DNA from: an uncultured Candidatus Nitrosoarchaeum sp.
GTDB lineage: Archaea > Thermoproteota > Nitrososphaeria > Nitrososphaerales > Nitrosopumilaceae
Length of the DNA stretch: 64,000 bases
Direction of reading: 5' to 3'
Assembly (NCBI GenBank): GCA_938049695.1
Contig: CALKVM010000002.1
Location: 3,516-67,515 of the forward strand
Below, piece after piece: positions 49,974 to 57,517 of the stretch. The first letter of the stretch is position 1. Each line of letters starts with the position of its first letter. The notes below the pieces were generated by a model, which was not told the DNA's origin, searched no databases, and saw nothing but the letters and a program-made list of their open reading frames with translations. The translations under genes were made by a program, and so were the position numbers.

Positions 49974-52733
49974 TTCATTTAATCTTCTTTTATCTTTTAG
50001 ACTTTTGACAAAAAATAATGATGTTGCAATTATACCCATTGCAATTAATGGCGATGCAATCTCGGTATATTTTAGTTGAAAAATATCTGTATCTGGTATT
50101 TGAGATATTGTTATGGGAATCTCTGTAGTCTTTATCATTGCTAATTTGTTTCCTTGTTGTTCAACAAACCAAACATTGTCTTTATCATCAGATGTTAAAA
50201 ATTGTACAAACGATGTTGCAGTTGGAATTGGAACCTCAATTAAATTTTTGTTATCTGGATCATATGCAGCAATTTTGTCTACTGTATGTTCTGCAATCCA
50301 AATATTTCCATATCTATCAAATGACATTCCATTAGGTGATGCTTCTTGATTTGGTACTGAAATTCTTTCAAATGTTTCAAGAATTGGACTAAATTTGGTA
50401 ATTGCTATTCCTGTATGTTCTGCAATCCACAAATTCCCTTTATCGTCAAAAACCAGAGCCTCAGGTGATGCAAGAGGCTTTTCAGGCACAAATTCTGTTA
50501 TATCATTATTTTTTGGATTGATAAATCCTATTTTACCAGAGGCTGATTCAGTAAACCAAATTTTTCCTTCATCATCAATTGTCAAGGCAAACGGCAGTGA
50601 TTCTCTTGCAAGCATCTTAATTTCTTCAAACGTATCTGATTCTGGTTGATATTTTAAAATCATACCTTTGTTGGTAATTGAAATCCAAATATTTCCATCA
50701 AAATCTGCTTGTATGAAAGTAGGAATATTATCCGAAATCATAGGTACTATTTTTGGTAAACTTTTTGTGGTAATTTGTTTATTACTTGGATCAAAGTACC
50801 CGATCTGATTTCTTGGTGTATCAGTAAACCAAATTTTTCCTTGATTATCTTGTGTAAGAAATATGGTGGTTAATCCGTCAAATGAATATGATGTAAATTC
50901 TTGCGTATCAAGTGAGAATTGCCATAATTTAGGAGAAGATGGATCACTTATCCAAATTGAATTTTTTCCATCATACAAAGGGTAAAGAGGTTTTGAAGAT
51001 TCAGGTAATTCGTATTCTATAATTTCTGTTTTCAGATCTGTTAATCTTGGTTTAACTAGTAAATTCATGAAAATTGATTCGTTTGCACTCTGATTTCTTT
51101 GAGTCTCTATTTCCACTTGCCACTGACCCGAAAATCCAAATGTTAAATCTCCTTGAAATTCAACTGGTTTACCTATCTCCTGTTTGATGATTTTCATGGG
51201 GACTTCTATTGGGGAAATATTTCTTTGTGGATTGGAGATCTTTACTTTGATTTCATTTGAATCATTCAACGGATTGTTTTCCAGATCGCTAACTTTGACT
51301 AAAATTGTATTTGCACCGCTAGAAAATGGTGTTATTTTAATATCAAATTTTGTATTTTCTGAAAACTCTATTGTACTGAAATCGTATGAAATTTTTTGCG
51401 CATCAGCTTGTTTTATTTCTCCAGCAGGCAAAGTTCCATTAGCAAGCAGTGCAACAACCCCTAAAAGAGCAATTCCTAATACAACATCGAATTTCAATGA
51501 TCTTTTTAGTTTCTTGTATACTGCAATGGATCCTGATTGTAGATCTTTTTCAGCCTTTTTTTGAATCTTAAACTGGAAATACCCTCCTAATCCAACCATG
51601 ATTGCTGCAATAGAAATTTTTACAAGAATTAATTTCCCATATACTGACTCGGTGATCAAGCCTACATCACTTTCCAAAAACCACATGAGTGTTGGTCCAG
51701 TAATTATCACAACTCCTACTGCAACGATAAACATAATTGAAAATCTTGGAATTAAAACAAGTGTCATCCTCTCACGTTTTGCTTCTTCCAATTGCGAAAA
51801 TGTAGGTAGTAACGTAAATACAAAATAAATTATGCCTCCGATCCACACTGCAGCCACAAAATTATGAATATAATCTAAAATAATTGCAGAAGTCTCTCCA
51901 CTGGCTGCACCATGTCCAATCAAACTTGAAGTTCCAATTAATCCAAGTGTAACTGCAAGCATTGGAATTTTATTTTTTATAGATAGATTCTTTTTTCTAT
52001 CCATTCCAAACCACAAACCAAGAAGAATAATTGTAATTATCATTCTGATTAGCCATATATTTCCAAAATCAGTTTTAATTACTTCAAAAACTGAAGTTTC
52101 TAATCTTACGGTTTGTACTACTAACATCAAAATATTTGATACAAAAATCAGCACTAATCCAATACCTGTAATTGTCATGAATTTTCCATGATGGACAGAT
52201 TCTAGTTTGTCTAATTCTTTTCTGATTAACTGTTTACTTTGAGTTCCCCAGATTAGTATTGAAGCAATTACAACACCTAACACAATGGTTTGACCTACAA
52301 GTCCTGGAAATCTTGATCCTGCTTCAGGCAAAAACACAAGTTCACTTGGTTGTAATTGCTGTTCAGGAACTATTACATCCCCTACTCCAAAATTAAATGC
52401 ACTAGGTACAAGATGTCCGTCAACTTTTGAGAGAACATTACTTGTTACTGTATAGACTCCGCTCTCTAATGGAGGAGTAGTGACTACTAGAGATTTTTCA
52501 TCTTCAAAATATTTTGTATCTTTGTTATCTATCTGTTCTCCATTATTATCAAATACTTTGAGAGAACTAAAATTAACATCAATTGGTTCTGAAAAATAAA
52601 CTATGACTTGTGTTAATCCCTCAGCTGCATTTGCTGATGAATTTGGACTAGTTTCCATAGTAAATGGATGAGCCGCAGCATATGGAATAGACATTGATAA
52701 AATTAATAGTGAAATAATTAAAAATTTCCTCAT
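49956..52733 (-). CDS. CopC-CopD-Ig-like-Vgb-type beta-propeller fusion protein
   Basis: Signal peptide, then HP (CopC His1) and S.VDGH; GH and H....A.WIGG CopD TMs; repeated D..G.IW(F)TE propeller blades; C-terminal TM. Confidence 0.85.
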   Translation of the reverse strand: MRKFLIISLLILSMSIPYAAAHPFTMETSPNSSANAAEGLTQVIVYFSEPIDVNFSSLKVFDNNGEQIDNKDTKYFEDEKSLVVTTPPLESGVYTVTSNVLSKVDGHLVPSAFNFGVGDVIVPEQQLQPSELVFLPEAGSRFPGLVGQTIVLGVVIASILIWGTQSKQLIRKELDKLESVHHGKFMTITGIGLVLIFVSNILMLVVQTVRLETSVFEVIKTDFGNIWLIRMIITIILLGLWFGMDRKKNLSIKNKIPMLAVTLGLIGTSSLIGHGAASGETSAIILDYIHNFVAAVWIGGIIYFVFTLLPTFSQLEEAKRERMTLVLIPRFSIMFIVAVGVVIITGPTLMWFLESDVGLITESVYGKLILVKISIAAIMVGLGGYFQFKIQKKAEKDLQSGSIAVYKKLKRSLKFDVVLGIALLGVVALLANGTLPAGEIKQADAQKISYDFSTIEFSENTKFDIKITPFSSGANTILVKVSDLENNPLNDSNEIKVKISNPQRNISPIEVPMKIIKQEIGKPVEFQGDLTFGFSGQWQVEIETQRNQSANESIFMNLLVKPRLTDLKTEIIEYELPESSKPLYPLYDGKNSIWISDPSSPKLWQFSLDTQEFTSYSFDGLTTIFLTQDNQGKIWFTDTPRNQIGYFDPSNKQITTKSLPKIVPMISDNIPTFIQADFDGNIWISITNKGMILKYQPESDTFEEIKMLARESLPFALTIDDEGKIWFTESASGKIGFINPKNNDITEFVPEKPLASPEALVFDDKGNLWIAEHTGIAITKFSPILETFERISVPNQEASPNGMSFDRYGNIWIAEHTVDKIAAYDPDNKNLIEVPIPTATSFVQFLTSDDKDNVWFVEQQGNKLAMIKTTEIPITISQIPDTDIFQLKYTEIASPLIAMGIIATSLFFVKSLKDKRRLNELIMSG

Positions 52734-52836
52734 TTACTTTTCAGGTTATCTTTGACAATTTAAACAGTTTTCATTTACTTTGAAGTTTGTACCAATCTAC
52801 GTAAAGATAATAACATGTTACAATAAAGTAACAGTC

Positions 52837-53463
52837 ATGAAAGTTATTACTTTGGGATTAATTGGATTATTATTTTCTGTTGGATTTGTATCACAATCTT
52901 TTGCTCATACAACAGTTGAGGTAGAACCTTACAAAATTGAAGTAGGTTGGGGACTAGAACCTCCAGTTGTAAGTATAAGAAATGATTTTGTTTTTAAAAT
53001 AACTGAATCTGGTGATACTCCAAATTCGTACACAGGAGTTACGAATGCATTCAAAAATATAGAAGTTACAGCCATGTTTGGAGGAGTCTCAAAGAAAATT
53101 GATATCCACTCAGATCCCAAACTAGGATATTATTTTTCACCTGTAATCCCCACAAAGACTGGAACCTATATTGTGGATTTGAAAGGAGAAATTAATGGAA
53201 TTCCAATAGATGTGCAAATTCCAGTCGAAGATGTAGAAAGTACTGCAGTATTGGATTTTCCACAAACTAGTGGCTCTTCATCAGATCAAGATGTGATTTC
53301 ACTCAAAAATGCAATTTCATCACTACAAAGAGATGTCTCATCCATGAAAGATGGTTCAGAAAATGTTAATGGTGGTGCAGCATATGACTTTGCAGTTTTT
53401 GGATTGTCTATTGCAGCAGCTGCAATAATCTTGGCAATAGTTGCTTTAATAAAAAGAAAATAG
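52837..53463 (+). CDS. Exported protein with N-terminal His and C-terminal coiled coil plus TM anchor
   Basis: ATG at 52837 gives a signal peptide ending SFA|HTT; GW..EPP motif; C-terminal TM plus KRK. Confidence 0.75.
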   Translation: MKVITLGLIGLLFSVGFVSQSFAHTTVEVEPYKIEVGWGLEPPVVSIRNDFVFKITESGDTPNSYTGVTNAFKNIEVTAMFGGVSKKIDIHSDPKLGYYFSPVIPTKTGTYIVDLKGEINGIPIDVQIPVEDVESTAVLDFPQTSGSSSDQDVISLKNAISSLQRDVSSMKDGSENVNGGAAYDFAVFGLSIAAAAIILAIVALIKRK

Positions 53464-53477
53464 AAAAAAGTTAATTC

Positions 53478-54344
53478 CTAAAATCTTGGAATTACTTTAG
53501 ATTTTGCAGTAACAGCAACAATGCTTATGATTGAAACGGCTAGTATCATCATTGCAACTGTTCCAAATTCTGGAACAATGTTTGAAAATACTACTTGTTC
53601 ACCTATAGGTCCTGTCTTTGGTTCATCTACTCCAAAACCTTGGAAGGTAATGGTGACCTCTACTGGATCTGATGAGCTAAGTGGTGCTGTTTCATGCATA
53701 CCTTCTCCCTCATGGCCATGTGCAGCAATATCATTTAGTACTTCTGCACCATTTTGTGTTACCATGACGTCATAGTTTGCATGTTCTGAATCTTCAAAGT
53801 CAACTGTGATTTCCATTTTTTCACCTGAAGTTGGTGCGGAAGTCATAATTGAAACTTTTGTGCCATCAGATAACATTCCAGTTGCAGTTGCATCTTCTGT
53901 ATGCATCTCTTCACCGGTATGTTCTTCATCTTCATGTTCTTCTGTTCCTGCTTCTTGTACTACAATTAATCCTGTCATCCATGGATGAACCATTGAAAAG
54001 TAGTGATATTCGCCTGGCTCTTCAAATTTGAATGAAAAAGAACTTCCCGGCTCTACTAAACCACTATCAAAGAATCCATCAGGACCAGTCTCAGCTGTAC
54101 CACTTGTTATGGTAGTTGAGGAAGTGCCATCATTTGTCCATATCACTTCACCGCCTACATCCACAGTTGCCTCATGTGGAATATAGCACTCATTTGTCTC
54201 CTCACATCCTTGTGTATCAGAACCTGGTGCAATACTGACATTAACTTCTAAATGATCAGCATAAGCATTGCCAAATCCTATCGACATTACCATAACAGCA
54301 AGTAACTGTATTGTCAATACTGTATACGTTGATTGTTTTTTCAT
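53478..54344 (-). CDS. Cupredoxin-like PEFG-CTERM protein with a degenerate type-1 Cu site
   Basis: GCE..ECY.P, V.W.N, FDSGL, PGEY.YF.MVHPWM.G pattern; PEFG plus TM. Confidence 0.85.
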   Translation of the reverse strand: MKKQSTYTVLTIQLLAVMVMSIGFGNAYADHLEVNVSIAPGSDTQGCEETNECYIPHEATVDVGGEVIWTNDGTSSTTITSGTAETGPDGFFDSGLVEPGSSFSFKFEEPGEYHYFSMVHPWMTGLIVVQEAGTEEHEDEEHTGEEMHTEDATATGMLSDGTKVSIMTSAPTSGEKMEITVDFEDSEHANYDVMVTQNGAEVLNDIAAHGHEGEGMHETAPLSSSDPVEVTITFQGFGVDEPKTGPIGEQVVFSNIVPEFGTVAMMILAVSIISIVAVTAKSKVIPRF

Positions 54345-54376
54345 TAGTACAGTTTTATGAGAATGAGATTAAATGA

Positions 54377-54403
54377 TCTGGTACATTCTTGAAATGTACC
54401 AGA
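54377..54403. promoter_or_regulatory. Palindromic operator, site 1 (perfect 11-5-11)
   Basis: TCTGGTACATT-CTTGA-AATGTACCAGA immediately upstream of the TTTAAT box of the cupredoxin gene. Confidence 0.75.
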
Positions 54404-54457
54404 ATTAATCAAGATGTTTTAACAAGAAACTTTGATTTTTAACAGAATAAGAATAAT

Positions 54458-54532
54458 GTGGATGAGAAATATTAGGACCAATGAAGATTAGCTCTTTTAC
54501 CAAAATGACTCGCTTTTCTCATCCACTATGGT
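54458..54532 (-). ncRNA. Candidate hairpin sRNA, copy 1
   Basis: 12-bp inverted repeat GTGGATGAGAAA (54458-54469) / TTTCTCATCCAC (54515-54526); homologous to 56675-56741; downstream of operator site 2. Confidence 0.45.
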
Positions 54533-54582
54533 AAAGCCTGTACTTTGTAAATTATACAATAATTCTGTAAATAAAACAAAAT

Positions 54583-54605
54583 TGGTACATTCGACAAATA
54601 CACCA
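54583..54605. promoter_or_regulatory. Palindromic operator, site 2
   Basis: TGGTACATT-CGACA-AATACACCA next to a minus-strand TTTTATTT box. Confidence 0.65.
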
Positions 54606-54786
54606 TTAAATTTTGTACAGTAATTCTTGGCAGATAAAAATTTAACGAAATATGTAATGTGGTTTTTTATTATGACAAGTAATCTTATGTTGTTATTGAT
54701 TTTGAAATGAGATTGATTGGGCTAGAATAAATCAATAGAAATTGCAAGTTGAATACTAAATAATTTATGAAATTCAATTGTATTTA

Positions 54787-54957
54787 CTACAAATTCTTAT
54801 TTGTTATTTTTAATCCTTCTTTGAGAGTAAGATTAACAACATAAGAAAAACTAATGTTCTTTTTTGATTTTTTAATCATATCTGCCTGGATTGCTCTAAG
54901 TTGATCTTGAATTTCCTTATCCACAATGATAGATAATCTACTAATTTCAGAATTCAT
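54787..54957 (-). CDS. Small ribbon-helix-helix-like protein (56 aa)
   Basis: Manual translation MNSEISRLSIIVDKEIQDQLRAIQADMIKKSKKNISFSYVVNLTLKEGLKITNKNL*; alternating beta strand and two helices; GGAGA upstream. Confidence 0.7.
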   Translation of the reverse strand: MNSEISRLSIIVDKEIQDQLRAIQADMIKKSKKNISFSYVVNLTLKEGLKITNKNL

Positions 54958-54989
54958 TTTTCATCTCCATAAAAAAAGAAAATAATGGA

Positions 54990-55439
54990 CTAGTAGTCCA
55001 GTATTGTTGCATCTTCATCGATGAGTCTTTGCATTTTAGGCATGTTTGGATGTGAATCAATTTCAATTCCAGGCAACATATCAGCAGGTTTTAATCCTGC
55101 CATGCTGATACAATGCTCACAAGCAATCACTCGTCCTCCTGAATCTAGAAACTGTTGAAGTTCTTGATTTGTTGCCTTTAGGCTATCTGAAGGCTGATTT
55201 ACTCCGATCTTTACTCCATCAACATCAAGCATTATTGCTACGTTTTTGCCTTGAGCAAGCATTGCTTGCGAATGCTCAACGCCCATCATAGCACGATGAT
55301 TATCATCGCTAGTGATGTGAACCATTACTGTTCTAGTGTATGCATCAACTTGTTGTTGACTTGGCATGGCTGCTATTGCAACTAGAAAAACTGCTGCAAA
55401 GACAGGTATCGCTATTGAATATTTCAGTGCTGATTTCAT
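54990..55439 (-). CDS. Exported DsrE/DsrF-like protein
   Basis: Signal/TM N-terminus; L...GV, GG.V.ACxxC and C-terminal ILDY pattern of the DsrE fold. Confidence 0.8.
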   Translation of the reverse strand: MKSALKYSIAIPVFAAVFLVAIAAMPSQQQVDAYTRTVMVHITSDDNHRAMMGVEHSQAMLAQGKNVAIMLDVDGVKIGVNQPSDSLKATNQELQQFLDSGGRVIACEHCISMAGLKPADMLPGIEIDSHPNMPKMQRLIDEDATILDY

Positions 55440-55474
55440 TGATAATATTATGTGAATTTAACATAAAATGAAAT

Positions 55475-55497
55475 TGGTGACTTCGTAAAATGTACCA
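55475..55497. promoter_or_regulatory. Palindromic operator, site 3
   Basis: TGGTGACTT-CGTAA-AATGTACCA upstream of the TTTTAT box of the DsrE gene. Confidence 0.65.
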
Positions 55498-55500
55498 GTG

Positions 55501-56067
55501 TTATAATGCCAAGAAAATATCTTCAGAGTGTTCAAATTTCTCATCTAATAATTTTGAGAATTCCTTTTGAAAAGTGTGTTTTAGCAATTTCATGTCTTTA
55601 ATTTTGTAACATTGTTTATTGTCTTTTTCACATTTTTCAATGACACCTTCCTTAATAAGCTCAGAAAGGTTCCAAGAAATGGTTCCAGGACTTTTCTTTA
55701 CTTTAAGTGTCAATTCTTTAAAATCAGGATTTCCTTCAACTAGAATTTGAAAGATGATCTTCTTTTTTGTAGGTTTTCTGAGATTTCGTATTATGGAATA
55801 CTCTGAATCTGTCACGTCAAGTGGATAATACCGTCTATGTCTAGTTTGTTTTTGAGATTTTACAACACCTTGTCTTTCTAGTTTTGCAAGATAGTGAGTA
55901 ATTACACCATTTGCTAGTTTGGTTTTATCCATAAGTCCTTTAATGTGAATGCCAGGATTATTTTGAATTGTTTTTAGAATTATGTTAGATCTGTCTAATT
56001 GAGTTTTTTGTGATTTAACAGTATTGACGGATTTTATATTTTGCTTTATTTTCATGTATGCATTCAT
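55501..56067 (-). CDS. Double winged-helix transcription regulator (COG3398-like)
   Basis: I..NPGI...L......L.NG...HYL.KLE first HTH; S..T.S..LS.L second HTH. Confidence 0.85.
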   Translation of the reverse strand: MNAYMKIKQNIKSVNTVKSQKTQLDRSNIILKTIQNNPGIHIKGLMDKTKLANGVITHYLAKLERQGVVKSQKQTRHRRYYPLDVTDSEYSIIRNLRKPTKKKIIFQILVEGNPDFKELTLKVKKSPGTISWNLSELIKEGVIEKCEKDNKQCYKIKDMKLLKHTFQKEFSKLLDEKFEHSEDIFLAL

Positions 56068-56183
56068 TTATGATAGAACGATGTCCCTGATGAGCTTTGT
56101 GTTTATTCGTAGTTACATATTTTGGTCATCTTGAAAAATTTAACGTGAGGGTATTGGTTCTCAAAATCTGTTTTATTAAAAAA

Positions 56184-56501
56184 TTATGGTTGGATTAATG
56201 CTGCTCTTTGTTGCGTCTTTTCAAAATATCCGCTAATGATTTTGTGAGGAACATAATATGTTACATCTACAACATCACCAACTTGACTACTACATTTTTG
56301 TATTACAGGCATTGAGATGGTAGGCGTATTAATTACACAGCCTCTTTCTGTAATTGCCACTACTTTTCCTTGTTCTGTAATTTGTACAGGAAACCAATGC
56401 CATATAGGAGCAATTGTAGTTATTATCAGTAGAGCCAAAGCTGTCAGTACTATTCCAACGTACCATTTCCAAGGCATTTTCTTTTCTTTTTGTATGCTCA
56501 T
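56184..56501 (-). CDS. Membrane-anchored hypothetical protein with a Cys pair
   Basis: N-terminal TM followed by a small beta-rich domain. Confidence 0.7.
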   Translation of the reverse strand: MSIQKEKKMPWKWYVGIVLTALALLIITTIAPIWHWFPVQITEQGKVVAITERGCVINTPTISMPVIQKCSSQVGDVVDVTYYVPHKIISGYFEKTQQRAALIQP

Positions 56502-56674
56502 TTTTGTTCAGGAGATGTTATGATGAATTAACTAAAAAGGAAATTGGTGATTTTATCAAACAAAAATAACCTAGAATATGAATATTGCAAAAATGGAATA
56601 GATTTTTTTAATCTACAGTAGATAGAATTACAAATCATAAAAAATATTGAATGAAAAATTTAGATAAAAAAATA

Positions 56675-56741
56675 GATGAGAAACAATAAATCAGGTTATG
56701 AATAAACAAATGACTCCGTTAGGTTTCTCATCGACTATGGT
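56675..56741 (-). ncRNA. Candidate hairpin sRNA, copy 2
   Basis: 10-bp inverted repeat GATGAGAAAC (56675-56684) / GTTTCTCATC (56723-56732), followed on the minus strand by a T7 run; homologous to copy 1. Confidence 0.45.
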
Positions 56742-56780
56742 CAAGTACAATAATTTAGAAGAACAGGATTAAAATGAAAT

Positions 56781-56824
56781 TGGTACATTCGAAGTTCATA
56801 CCAGTACAATCATGAAATGTACCA
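56781..56824. promoter_or_regulatory. Tandem palindromic operators, sites 4 and 5, in a divergent promoter
   Basis: TGGTACATT-CGAAG-TTCATACCA (56781-56803) and CAGTACAAT-CATGA-AATGTACCA (56802-56824), with TATA-like boxes on both sides. Confidence 0.7.
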
Positions 56825-56953
56825 GTTCCTTAAAATAAAATTATTGATTGAAATGAAGTATGTTTGAAAAATCAACTCTCCCAAAAGAATCACAACTTAA
56901 AAAGAAATGGTGGGTTTTTCTTAGTAGAAAAAAGCAGAATTAATGACAAGACG

Positions 56954-57331
56954 ATGAAAAAATTAGATAAAAAATACTTGTTGTTTACAGGATTGGTTCT
57001 AATCACAATCGGATTTTTGACTTTTGCCTTTATGTTTAATGATAATGGAAAATATGATAGCTTTGCCATGTGTCTGAAGCAAAAAGACATCAAAATGTAT
57101 GGTGCTTCCTGGTGTCCACACTGTCAAGAACAAAAGAAAATGTTCGAATCATCTCAGAAATATCTCAACTATGTAGAGTGTTCAACAATTGATGGAACAG
57201 GGCAAATGGATGTTTGTAAAAATAATCAGATATCTTCCTATCCCATTTGGGAGTTATCTAATGGGACAAAACTTGTAGGAACATATTCATTTGAAAAGCT
57301 ATCTGAGATCTCAGGTTGTGTTCTTGATTAA
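56954..57331 (+). CDS. Membrane-anchored thioredoxin-like protein (resembles the VKOR-associated Trx domain)
   Basis: TM, then MYGA.WCPHC..QK..F, YVEC, C....I.SYP.W; probable ATG at 56954. Confidence 0.85.
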   Translation: MKKLDKKYLLFTGLVLITIGFLTFAFMFNDNGKYDSFAMCLKQKDIKMYGASWCPHCQEQKKMFESSQKYLNYVECSTIDGTGQMDVCKNNQISSYPIWELSNGTKLVGTYSFEKLSEISGCVLD

Positions 57332-57517
57332 ATTCTACTTTATAATTATATCTAATGTAAGATTTCTAAACGCAAAAAAATAATCATTCAAGTACTTCAA
57401 AAATAATGACGGTATGATGTATTTTCCTGAATAAATCTGAAATATATCATTTTTAATGATAAAGATAGATTATTTGAATAAAGATTAATCTCTGATAGAT
57501 AATTACAAGTAAAAAAA

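Noticed and set aside
54472..54522. Short ORFs within the hairpin elements (MRKASHFGKRANLHWS and MRNLTESFVYS)
   Set aside because: The conserved nucleotides fall in different frames in the two copies, so there is no peptide conservation
56070..56140. CTGATGAG suggesting a hammerhead ribozyme or C/D box RNA
   Set aside because: No supporting stems with GAAA, and no properly placed terminal D box
56651..56671. Near-duplicate of the thioredoxin start (ATGAAAAA.TTAGATAAAAAA, also at 56954)
   Set aside because: Low-complexity A-rich sequence; cannot be distinguished from chance
54377..56824. Repeated palindromes as a degenerate CRISPR array linked to the Cas4-like gene
   Set aside because: Irregular spacing of hundreds of bp with genes in between; no repeat-spacer periodicity and no cas1/cas2
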